A DNA stretch of 60,881 bases, counting the filler, from Hausera hauseri (lineage: Eukaryota), in assembly GCA_046269625.1 (NCBI GenBank). It is 10 parts of 10 records of this genome, joined end to end, with 100 filler letters (N's around TTAATTAATTAA, not from the genome) between each part and the next. Parts side by side here need not be neighbours in the genome. Positions count along the whole stretch, not along the records: positions 1 to 4,359 come from JBJURY010618887.1; positions 4,460 to 16,313 come from JBJURY010064439.1; 8 more parts are not named here. One strand, 5' to 3'. The notes beneath the pieces are model-generated. The model saw only the letters and a list, made by a program, of their open reading frames with translations, ran no database searches and was not told the DNA's origin. Positions within the stretch are counted from its first letter, which is position 1; every line of letters starts with the position of its first letter. This document shows, one piece after another, positions 1 through 11,900 of the stretch. The position numbers and the translations under genes are program-made.

Positions 1-549
1 GACGAGAATCGGATAGATACAATAGGAATTCTAGTCCATATCCTCCAAGAGACCGAAATCAAACCCCTTCTCCCAGACCAAATAATAATAATAAGAGATA
101 TACCCGACCATCGGATTATAATTACAGACGAAATGACTCACCGATTAACAGGAATATTTTTTCATTTAGATATGACAGAAATACGACACTTGAATATCCT
201 AAATATTCCAATGAAAGAAAGTCGGACTCAACAATATCACTTTATAATAGTTCCACAATAGAAAAAGGAAACTCTCCAGACAATAGGAAAAACAATAACG
301 ACGAACGGAACGTTTCACTCCGTCGTTCAGTAACCTTCAGTGAATAAACTAAATTGGATTTCACGGGTTTATTAATAGCAAAACCAATAGTAAAGCACAA
401 CCAAGTTGTATCCAGACTATCATCTAACATTTCTATTTTAAAAAGACCCTTTACAACTAGAAATTACTTGGACCAAGCGAAAAGAAAAGTACCAGATATC
501 CAGAAAAATACACTCACATACATGTTATGGCCAGAAACTGAAGAAATCA

Positions 550-900
550 AAAATTTGCTTTTAACCTTTGTACCTGTGAATAAAAAACTATCAATGACGA
601 ACAGGAATCAGAAATTAATCAAATAAGGATAGAGAACATCGAAGGTGATTTAATAGTCGAATTAAAAAACGTATACCTGGAAAAGGAAAAATGTTACAAA
701 AACCTTAGACAGCTATTCTGTGGAAAACTTATTGTTGGAATAGATCTTCCATGGTTACTTAAACAAATACAATTAAAGGAAACAGATGTCTTTGGTACGT
801 TTAGTGTAGATCAGAATTTCAACCTACCATACGATCAATGGAAAAGAGAAGGTACATTATCATAGCAACTAATCAACTTCCGAAAAGAATATAAAATTAA
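550..900 (+). pseudogene. Degenerate ISG20/REX4-like (DEDDh-fold) exonuclease domain, copy A
   Basis: Frame from 602 reads EINQIRIENIEGDLIVEL...LRQLFCGKLIVGIDLPWLLKQIQL, resembling ISG20 [17 protein letters not shown]...[22 protein letters not shown]. By-eye alignment. Confidence 0.5.
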
Positions 901-1386
901 ACTAAACCGTCAGGGGTCTCCATATTATATTTCTCCAAGCAGACCCTTATGTAAATATGAGACATTCTCAATAAGAAATAACATATAATACCACTCTGAT
1001 TTCAGAAGCAACATTACAGCGTATGGATATATATAGTTTAGAATTGGGATAAAATATTGGCTGACAGGAAATCTAACCGGATAGAGTTTACAGATATTGC
1101 CGAACAAGAGTTAATTTGTATGGAAGGTATTGAGAAAAGTTATATAAAGAATACCGATACCCAGATTAAAAGAAATGGCCCACCATGTGGTACAATTACG
1201 AATCAAGGAGAAGCACGGTTACAAATTAATAATAATACGGTAATCGTGTCTAAAGAGACTATGATACTTCTTAATTATCCCTATGAATGAGATTGTCAAA
1301 TTCAACCTTTAGATAACTGCCAGATATACTTAATATAATTGCTTAAGGAAACACCCTTGTTAACTATGGATGAGCCCGTAATGCAA

Positions 1387-1818
1387 GACAGAGAAGTAAT
1401 TCTTACAGGTAGATGTATAACTAAAGGAGACTAGAAAGGACTTACTCAAGTCACCGACAAAAATTTAAAACGAAAAACAATTCTTAACATTCATGTGTAT
1501 CCAAATATACCAGACACCACAAAGTATACTGAATACAGTAGACGGTTTAATCCTCAACGATAAGAGTCGGTAAGTGAATTTATGAATAAGTATTTAACAG
1601 GAAAAATAATCATCGGACGCCAGTTGCCAGAGATATTAAATATATTGAGAATAAACCCAAGAAATCTAACAGCTATCTACGATCTGGGACAGACCAACAG
1701 AACCTACAAATGTTTAGACCTATATCATAATCATAACTCAGAAATTATGGCACAAAGATGTCTAGACGAATATTTAAAGACAGTACGAGTAGAATATAAT
1801 ATACTCTGGATAATATAG
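1387..1818 (+). pseudogene. Degenerate ISG20/REX4-like (DEDDh-fold) exonuclease domain, copy B, catalytic acids absent
   Basis: One frame with two internal stops: DREVILTGRCITKG..KGLTQVTDKNLKRKTILNIHVYP..TTKYTEYS..FMNKYLTGKIIIGRQLPEILNIL..AIYDL..HNSEIMAQRCLDEY. It is collinear with ISG20 [76 protein letters not shown]. Confidence 0.6.
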
Positions 1819-2504
1819 AAAATTAGAAAACATTACGAATAGCTTTTCCAGCAATAAAAAACTAGAGAAAACTAAGGAATCAAGAACAATTCCGGCAACT
1901 GAACCAATAGCTCAAAGACATCCGGACATGGATTCTGATGAATATTCACACGAACCTGTCAAAATAAGATCAAGTGGAGAATGGATAGAGCCCTATAATG
2001 ATAGATTAGTCGCACCACTTTCACAACCAAAAGTTCCACCTCAGCAACCGACTTTATTCGAGAATATTTGGGATACAATACAGCCGAGTACATCCAAAAA
2101 GGAACATCAAGTAGTCGATGATGATGAAATATTTGAAATTTTAGAAGATGACGAACTCATATCTATACCCGATCTAATTCAATACCCCGATGCTATGTTG
2201 TTACCAATCGAAAACCCAAAAATTATTCCGGAAGTGAATAATCCAGCAGGTTCTATACTATAAGCGAATCTCCAGAATCAGTAATAGAAATAGTTAAAGC
2301 TAAATTACAAATGGCTGATTCAGCACCTAATGAAGTATGGAATGCTTTACGACAATATGAGTTACTACCATTAGCTAGTAAAACAGAATGTGCATCATTA
2401 CTCTTACCACTAACAAAAGATGACGTATTTTGTTTTACTGCGGCACGAAAGTTGTTAAAACTCTGGGAAGAGATCTAAGACGAAAACACAGAAGAAAACA
2501 ACCA

Positions 2505-2735
2505 CATATTCTAAATATAAAAATTAAAACCAATAAGCGGGAACAAGTAATCGAAGTAACAGCAGGAATGTTCACTAAATTCACAGACCTCCGAAGGAAA
2601 GTGTTAGACGAATTAGATCTTGAAACTAATATAATAGCAAAAAACGATGTCTACGGCAGATTAGCCGTCGAAAATGATTATGTTGTAGACTACGGACTAC
2701 TTACCGGAAAAATTTACCAGATTACTATGGAAATT
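2505..2735 (+). CDS. Ubiquitin-like (beta-grasp) domain within retroelement polyprotein ORF 2430-3248
   Basis: ILNIKIKTNKREQVIEV..FTKFTDLRRKVLDELDL..VYGRLAVENDYVVDYGLLTGKIYQI follows the ubiquitin pattern (two strands, helix, [15 protein letters not shown]-like segment). Same position relative to env as the UBL in contigs 6 and 8. Confidence 0.5.
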
Positions 2736-3420
2736 GGTACAAAGAAAAAGGGAGGAAGACCACGAAAATTCGATTTTAACCCACTAAGTGATGATGAAGA
2801 AAATCCTAAGGAAGAAAAAACGGAATGGCAAAGTAAGAAAAGATCTTTATCGCGAAAGCGTAGCGAACAACGACAAACATTAGAAGACATATTATATGAT
2901 AATTTCCAACGATTCACTATTAGTGATGATGAAGATGAGCAAACACAAGATCCTGTCCCGAGAACATCGGCTCAATGCGAAGTAAACGTACCAAATGTAA
3001 CACTGACAACTCAGGAACTTCTGGAACAGTTAATCAAGAAAGCCAACCCAAAGCAACTTAAAAAGATACCAACAATTACAACAATTCCACTACAGTCCAT
3101 AACAGAAACTGCTAGAAACTTTTCATCACAAATTATGAGATTGTTGCAAAAATATGAACTAAAAGGTGGATTAAATAAAGCATTGACACGATTACTAAAG
3201 GAATGTGATCAAGATAGACTACTAATGGCATTAAGATGCAGTGGTTAGTTTTAAAAATCAGACAGAGGTCGATGCCAAGTTATATCATATAGTAAGGAAT
3301 CTAGCCTATCATATGGACAAGTTAACGAAAGAATAAGTAATAAAGCAAGGAGGTTGGGATGAAATCCTCAAGAAATTTAATCCTACCACATTAATATACA
3401 CCAAGGATACCAATATTTCA

Positions 3421-4240
3421 GATTGGGTAGTACAAATCGTTTGTTTATTACATTTAATAGCCGTTATTAGCCTAAAAACTACGAAAGCATTAGAAGCTTA
3501 TGATTGTTCCAGACGGGAAATAACAACCAGACTTTCACTAGATATAGATAAATGTCAAAACGCAAATCCAATATCAGTAAAGAAAGGTCTTTATAATTAT
3601 AATTTGTATCAGAGAATCAGTTATCAACAAGTGCAAGTAAAGGAATGCCAGGTTAATAAAGTAATATTCGCTTACAACTGTAATCATAATTCATGGAATT
3701 CGGTAATTATTCCACCAGGATTACCAAAACCTGCAACAATAACTGCCGAAAATTGTAGAAAAGCCAGATTCAATTCATGTAGGATTGAAGCAGCCAATAC
3801 AAGCAGGCATAGCAAACGAATTCACGCACGAATAGTTACAGCCGGAAAAATATGGCTCAGATATGAAGGAGGTTGTGATGGAGAAAAAATAATGATAAAT
3901 GGGCAAAAGGAATCCTCAGTAGTACAAATAGAAGATTTCACTGTCACCATAAAAGAATATAAGGTAAACTTTGATGCAATCACAGGGAAAATGTTAACAG
4001 CACCATCTTGTACATATTCTGATGAAGTATGTACTTTGGCAGAATCTATATTGGTTTGGGAAAAACGGTTGTGATATGTCCATTAGCTCTCCTTAAACAA
4101 GTATCCATGTATGAAATACAAGGAGATTTGTACTACGATGATGATTATTCAGAACACGAACGCAATCATAATATAAGTTTACCTACCCCACGATCTTTAA
4201 GACAAACATCTCTAAAACTTTTAATGTCCTCACAATTATA
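3421..4240 (+). pseudogene. Chuvirus-like envelope glycoprotein, N-terminal part
   Basis: Internal hydrophobic signal-like stretch, then LEAYDCSRREITTRLSLDIDKC..LYQ..VQVKECQV..YNCNHNSWNS..C..GGCDG..CTYSDEVC..LVW. This cysteine pattern is typical of chuvirus-type glycoproteins and their endogenous relatives. Confidence 0.8.
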
Positions 4241-4359
4241 GTCTGTATCAAAGAATCAGTTATCAACAAGTGCAAGTAAAGGAATTTCAAGTTAATAAGG
4301 TAGTATTCGCTTATAATTGTGGTCATAATTCGTGGAATTCAGTAATTATCCCACCAGGA
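4231..4359 (+). repeat. Diverged second copy of glycoprotein segment ~3592-3720
   Basis: 38 codons align without gaps; 8 codons differ synonymously and 3 change the amino acid. Confidence 0.9.
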
Positions 4360-4459
4360 NNNNNNNNNNNNNNNNNNNNNNNNNNNNNNNNNNNNNNNNN
4401 NNNTTAATTAATTAANNNNNNNNNNNNNNNNNNNNNNNNNNNNNNNNNNNNNNNNNNNN
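4360..4459. other. Artificial contig linker (44 N + TTAATTAATTAA + 44 N); identical linkers at 16314-16413, 21183-21282, 25791-25890, 30450-30549, 34587-34686, 39333-39432, 47924-48023, 55074-55173
   Basis: Same 100-bp structure at every junction, with a six-frame-stop palindrome between N runs. Adjacent contigs are not necessarily linked. Confidence 0.98.
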
Positions 4460-5030
4460 TTTGACTTTAACATTGCGTTTTTTTCGTTCGTTTGTTCGTT
4501 CGTTCGATTGCATTTTTCACCCCGATCCATTGGTCTGATCGTGAGGCGGCTATAATATGAAATCTTCCCAAACTTATAGGCAATGTATTAGACCAATTTC
4601 CGTCACTGGCAGACTTGAACATGGGGAAATTTTACCCGACGGAAATTTTCCCATCGATTTTTCTCCATGTTCCCATGGTCTGACCGAGTTGCAATCGTGT
4701 CCATTGCAATGGCCAGTATCGATTTATCCCTTGTACACATTTTCTGAGTACTAGCAACATGTTTCGCGTTACACGAGAAGCATTTCCTGTTTTGCTTCTT
4801 TCTATTCTGGCGCCTCTCCCTTACACTTCTGTAAGCCGCCCCTCTGTAAATTTTTGCTTACCTCCTCACGCACTATCGATGTCACCTGGTCCGAACCTCT
4901 TTGCTCGATCTCATTTCCTGGGGGGTTGTGAGAAAATTTTAGTGATATGTTCAGAATAGCCAATCAGGTGGGGAAAACTGGTCCGCGGACCAATCAGAGA
5001 AGTGCGGTGGAGAGCTCACTTCTATCTACT
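4460..5030 (-). mobile_element. Terminal region of a Polinton/Maverick-like element, homologous to 55174-55776
   Basis: Clear similarity to 55228-55520. Ends TCTATCTACT at 5021-5030 (AGTAGATAGA on the minus strand) with CCAATCAG boxes just inside, followed by unrelated AT-rich DNA. Confidence 0.6.
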
Positions 5031-5977
5031 CATATTATTAATCGGAATTATATTTTGCACTTCTCTGACCATTTGTTATAAAAACTAAGATATAAAGTAA
5101 AATTCCATTCCTTGATTGGATTGAAAATTTGTATGCTAAGGTAATTTGTTACTCTGATTTCATAAGTCTAGTTTATTTTTGTTCTTTTCCAGAAATTTAT
5201 TAGATATTGATTAAGGTTGTAGTAGTAAAACAATATATCCCTGAATAATTGTTACATTCAATGAGTGAGTTGTGTTATGTAACAAAGTTTTAGGACACAT
5301 TGTATTACTATTACTTTATTGTCAGTAAGAAATTTCTGGAAAAGAGCAAAAATAATTTACATATTGGAATTCGGCATAACATATCACTTTATTATAAAAA
5401 TTTCAATTAAATCTATTCATAAAAGTAAATTAGTGTCCCTTGTTAGATGAAAATAAAGTTTTATTGTCTGGACACTAGGGTAGACTTAAATTATACAGTA
5501 GTTGTCGCGGATTATTTCATATTTTCATTTAGATATTTGGTTAATTCGAATAAAACTGATGCTTATAGTCGGCGTGCGATTGGTGACGTGATAAATTAGA
5601 TTATTAGTTCATAAAGCCGTGATTCATGTCTTCATCCGAGAAAACATTTAAACGCCACCGATGAATTATTTGCAGTTAGGGTTGCTACATTTCATTTGAA
5701 AATGCGGGACAAAATCCGGATATAAGAATGTCTCATCTATAAAATTAATAGCCGAATTTTACTAATAAGAATTAATTCTAATTTCTACAAAAATTCAATA
5801 TCTTACAAAATGCATGTATAAGTGTGTATGCTACGTAAGTATATAGTCTATAAAATGTAAGAAATTTTATAAGTCCTACCGCTTTCATTTATTAAGTTTT
5901 TGAAATAATTATCCTTTTAATACAATCGAATTATTGCCGACAAAAAACTAGTACTATATTCCATGCTGAATTAATTT

Positions 5978-8900
5978 AGTCGTCACATATAGACGCCACA
6001 TAGTCGTCATATGTACTCGTCACATGCAGTCTTCACATGTAGTCGTCACATGTAGTCGTCACAGGTAATCTTTACATGTAGTCGTCACATGTAGTCTTCA
6101 CATGCCGTCACATGTAGTCGTCACATGTCGTCATATGTAGTCGTCACATGTAGTCGTCACATATACTTCTCACAAGTAGTCGTCACATGTCGTCGCATGT
6201 AGTCATACATGAAGTCTTCACATGTAGTCGTCACATGTAGTCGGCACATGTAGTATTCACATGTCGTCACATTTTGCCGTCACATGTACTCGTTACATGT
6301 AGTCTTGACATGTTGTCTTCACATGTAATCGTCACATATAGTCGTCACATGTAATCATCATATATAGTCGTCACATATTCGTCATATATTATCGTCACAT
6401 ATAGTCGTCACATATTTGTCACATAGTCATCACATATAGTCTTCATATGTAGACGTCACATGTAGTCGCCACATTTACTCGTCACATGTAGTCGTCACAT
6501 ATAGTCGTCACATGTAGTGGTCACAGTCTTCACATGTAGTCGTCACGTGTAGTCGTCACATGTAGTCGTCACATGTAGTCATCATATATAGTCGTCACAT
6601 ATTCGTCATATTATCGTCACATATAGTCGTCCTAACATGTAGTGGTCACATGTAGTCGACACGTAGTGGTCACATGTAGTCGACACGTAGTGGTCACATG
6701 TAGTGGTCACATACAGTCGTCAGATGTTGTCCTCACATGTAATCTTTACATGTAGTCTTCACGTGTAGTCGTCACATGTAGTCGTCACATGTAGTCGTCA
6801 CATGTAATCGTCGAATTTAGTCGTCACATGTAGTCGTCACATATGGTCGTCATATGTAGTCGTCACATGCAGTCTTCACATGTAGTGGTCACACGTAGTC
6901 GTCACATGTAATCGCCACGCGTAGTCGTCATATGTAGTGGTCACAGTCTTCACATGTAGTCGTCAAATAGTCTTCACATAATCGTCACATGGTCGTCACA
7001 TATATTCGTCATACTTAGTTCGCACGCAGTCGTCACATGTCGTTACATGTAGTCGTCACATGTAGTTCTCACATGTAGTCTTTACATGTCGTCACATGTA
7101 CTCGTCACATGTCGTCACATGTAGTCGTCACATGTACTTGTCACATGTAGTTCTCACATGTAGTCGTCACATGTCGTCACATGTAGTCATCACATGTAGT
7201 CTTCACATGTAGTCGTCACATGTCGTCACATGTAGTCGTCACATATCGTCACATGTGGTCGTCGCATGTAGTCTTCAAATGTAGTCGTCACATGTACTCG
7301 TCACACGTGGTCACATGTAATCGTCACATGTTGTCGTCACATGTAGTTGTTACATATAGTCGTCACATGTAATCGTCACATGTAGTCGTCTCATGTAGTG
7401 GACACATGTAGTCGTCACATGTAGTCTTCGCATGTACTGATCACATGCAGTTGTGATATGTAGTCATCACGTAACCGTTACATATAGTCTTTACATGTAG
7501 TCGTCACATGTAATCGTCACATGTTGTCGTCACATAACCGTCACAATCGGCACATAGTCGTCAGCTATAGTCGTCACGTATAGTCGTCACGTGCAGTTGT
7601 CAAATATATTCGATACATTATCGTCACATAGTCGTCAGTCGTGACATTCGTCACATGTAATCGTCTCATGTAGTCGTCACATAATCGTCACATTATCGTC
7701 ACATACTTATCACATATAGTCGTCACATATTCTTCACATGTAGTCGTCACATGTAGACATCACATGTAGTCGTCACATGTATTCGTCACATGTAGTCGTC
7801 ACATGTAGTCTTCAAATGTAGTCGTCACATGTAGTCGTCACATGTAGCCATTACATGCAGTCATTACACGCAGTCATTACATGTAGTAGTCTCACGTAGT
7901 CGTCACATGTAGTCGTCACATGTAGTCTTCACATGTAATGNNNNNNNNNNNNNNNNNNNNNNNNNNNNNNNNNNNNNNNNNNNNNNNNNNNNNNNNNNNN
8001 NNNNNNNNNNNNNNNNNNNNNNNNNNNNNNNNNNNNNNNNATCACATGCAGTTGTGATATGTAGTCATCACATGTAACCGTTACATGTAGTCTTCACATG
8101 TAGTCGTCACATATTCTCGCCACATATAGTCGTCACATAGCGGTCACATATAGTCGTCGCATATAGTCCTCACATATAGTCGTCACATAATCGGCACACA
8201 TAGTCGTCACCTATAGTCGTCACGTGCAGTTGTCAAACATTCGTTACATTATCGTCACATAGTCGTCAATCGTCACATATTCGTCAAATGTAATCGTCTC
8301 ATGTAGTCGTCAAATAATCGTCACATTATCGTCACATACTTATCACATATAGTCGTCACATATATTCTTCACATGTAGTCGTCACATGTAGACATCACAT
8401 GTAGTCGTCACATGTATTCGTCACATGTAGTCGTGACATGTAGTCGTCACATGTCGTGACATGTAGTCGTCACATGTAGTCGTCACATGTAGTCTTCACA
8501 TGTAATGATCACATGCAGTTGTGATATGTAGTCATCACATGTAACCGTTACATGTAGTCTTCACATGTAGTCGTCACATATTCTAGCCACATATAGTCGT
8601 CACATAATCGTCACATATTCGTTACATATAGCGGTCACATATAGTCGTCGCATATAGTCCTCACATATCGTCGTCACATAATCGGCACATATAGTAGTCA
8701 CATACTCGTCAAGTGCAGTTGTCAAATATATTCGTTACATTATCGTTACATAGTCGTCAGTCTTCAAATATTCGTCGCATGTAATCGTCTCATGTAGTCG
8801 TCACATGTACTCGTTACATGTAGTGTTGACATCTTGTCTTCACATGTAGTCGTCTCATATAGTCATCACATGCATTCATCATATATAGTCGTCTGCTCTT

Positions 8901-11900
8901 CGCCATATATAAACGGCACATATAATTGTTACATATATTCGTCAAATAGTAAGCACATGTAGTCTTCATATGTTGTCGTCGCGTTAGTTGTCACATTTAG
9001 TCGTCACATGTAGTCTTCACATGTCGTCACATGTAGTCGTCACATATCGTCACATGTAGTTGTCACATATAGTCTTCAAATGTAGTCGTCACATGTAGTC
9101 GTCACATGTCGTCACATGTAGTCTTCACATGTAGTCGTCACATATAGTCGTCACATGTAGTCGTTACATGAAGTCGTTACATGTAATCGTCACATGTAGT
9201 AGTCTCATGTCGTCGTCACATGTAGTCGTAGCATGTAGTCTTGATGTGTAATGATCACATGCAGTTGCGATATTTAGTCATCACATGTAACCGTTACATG
9301 TAGTCTTCACATGTAGTCGTCACATGTAGTTGTCACATGTAGTCTTCACATATGGTCACACAGTCGTCACATGTACTCGTTACATGTAGTCTCGACATGT
9401 TGTATTCACGTGTAGTCGTCACAGTCGTCGCATGTAGTCATCCTATATAGTCGTCACATATTTGTCATATATAATCGTTTCATAGTTGTTACATATATTC
9501 GTCAAATAGCCAGCACATGTAGTTGTCACATGTAGTCTTCATATGTAGTCGTCACATGTAGTCTTCACATGTAGTCGTCACATGTTGTCATTACATGTAG
9601 TCGTCGCATGTAGTCATTACATGTTGTCATTATATGTAGTCGTCACGTGTATTCGTCACATATGGTCGTTACATATAGTCGTCACATAGTCACATGTAAT
9701 CGTCACATGTAGTCATTACATGTAGTCGTCCCATGTAATCGTCATAAGTAGTCGTCAGATGTCGTCGTCACATGTAGTATTCACACGTAGTGGTCACATA
9801 ATCTTCGCATGTAGTGGTCACATCGTCACATGTAGTCGTCACATGTAGTCTTCACATGTAGTGATCACATGTAGTTGTGATACTCAGTCATCACATGTAG
9901 TCGTTCCATATAGTCTTCATATGTAGTCCTCGCATGTAATCGTCACATATAGTCGTCACATAATCGTAACATATAAGCGTCACATTTGTTACATAGTCGG
10001 CACATATAGGCGTCCCGTATAATCCTCACAGTCGTCACATAATCGGCACATATATGCGTCACATGTTGTCGTCACGTATAGTCGTCACATGTTGTTGTCA
10101 CATATATTCGTTGCATTATCTTCACATAGTCGTCAGTCGTCACGTTCGTCACATGTAATCGTCTCATGTATTCGTCACATAGTCGTCTCATTATCGTCAC
10201 ATACTCGTCACGTATAGTCGTCACATATATTCTTCACATGTAGTCGTCACATGTTATGGTCTCTCGTATTCGTCACATCTAGTCGTCACATGTAGTCGTC
10301 ACATGTTATCGTCACTCATAGTCGTAATATCTAGTCGTTATATGTAATCGTCACATGTTATCGTCACTCGTATTCGTCACATCTAGTCGTCACATGTAGT
10401 CGTCACATGTAGTTGTCACATGTAGTCTTCACACATGGTCACACAAAAAGTCACATGTACTCGTTACATGTAGTCTTCACGTGTAGTCGTCACATAGTCG
10501 TCGCATGTAGTCATCATATATAGTCGGTACATATTCGTCATATATAATTGTCGCATATTCGTTACATATATTTGTCAAATAGCCAGCAAATGTAGTTGTC
10601 ACATGTGGTCTTCATATGTAGTCGTCACATGTTGTCTTCACATGTAGTCTTCATATGTATTCGTCACATGTCACATATAGTCGTCACATATAGTCACATG
10701 TAGTCGTCACATGTAGTCATTACATGTCGTCGTCACATGTAGGATTCTCGTGCAGTAGTCACATATATTCTTCGCATGTAGTGGTCACATCGGCACATGT
10801 AGTCGTCACATGTAATCGTTACATATAATCTTCATATGTAGTCCTCGCATGTAATCGTCACATGTAGTCGTCACATCATCGTCACATAATCGTCACATTC
10901 GTTACATAGTCGGCACATAAGCGTCCCATATAATTCTCACATATAGACGTCACATAATCGGTACATATAGGCGTCACATGTCGTCACGTATAGTCGTCAC
11001 ATGTTGTCACATATATTCGTTGCATTATCTTCACATAGTCGTCAGTCGTCACATTTGTCACATGTAATCGTCTCATGTATTCGTCACAGTCGTCTCATTA
11101 TCGTCACATAGTCGTCACATATGATCGTCACATATATTCTTCACATGTATTCGTCACATGTAATCGTCACATGTTATGGTCACTCGTAGTCGTCATATAT
11201 AGTCGTCACATGTTATGGTCACTCGTATTCGTCACATCTAGTCGTCACATGTAGTCGTCACATGTAGTTGTCACATGGAGTCTTCACATGTAGTGGTCAC
11301 ATGTAGTGGTCACATATAGTCGTCACATGCATTCATCTTATATAGTCGTCACCTATTCGTTATATATAATCGTCACATAGTTGTTACACATTCTTCAAAC
11401 TGTCAGCACGTGTAGTTGTCACATGTAGTCTACACATGTAGTCGACACATATGGTCGTCAGAAGTTGTTGCCACATGTAGACTTTACATGTAGTGGTCAC
11501 GTTGTCGTCACATGAAGTTGTCACATGTCGTCACATGTAGCCGTCACATAGTCTTCACAAAATCGTCACATGGTCGTCTCATATATTTGTCACACTTAGT
11601 TGTCACATGTGGTTCTCATTTGTATTCGCCACATGTAGTCTTCACATGTAGTCGTCACATGTAGTCTTCACATGCATTCATCACATGTAGTCGTCACATT
11701 TCTTCGCCATATGTAGTCTTCCCATGTAGTCTTCACATGTAGTCTTAACGTGTAGTCGTCACATAGTCTTCACATAATCGTCACATAGTAGTCACATATA
11801 TTCGTCACATATAGTCACAAGTAATCGTCACATGTATTCCTCGCATGTCGTCGTTTCCTTGTTATCGTCACGTGTTTTTTACATATAGTCGTCACATGTA

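Larger units (their letters stand above)
1..4359 (+). mobile_element. Decayed fragment of an env-carrying retroelement polyprotein (accessory domains, ubiquitin-like domain, chuvirus-like glycoprotein N-terminus); distant relative of the elements at 30960-34586 and 39433-45920
   Basis: Near-continuous A-rich + strand coding frame broken by stops and frameshifts. The segment SDWVVQIVCLLHLIAV...EAYDC matches SNWLVNFLIVMMLIRQ...TTYDC in contig 8, where pol follows downstream. No pol in this contig. Confidence 0.75.

Noticed and set aside
4404-4415. TTAATTAATTAA as a biological motif, and ORFs containing X runs
   Set aside because: Assembly linker; ORFs crossing it are artefacts and gene order across linkers is meaningless.
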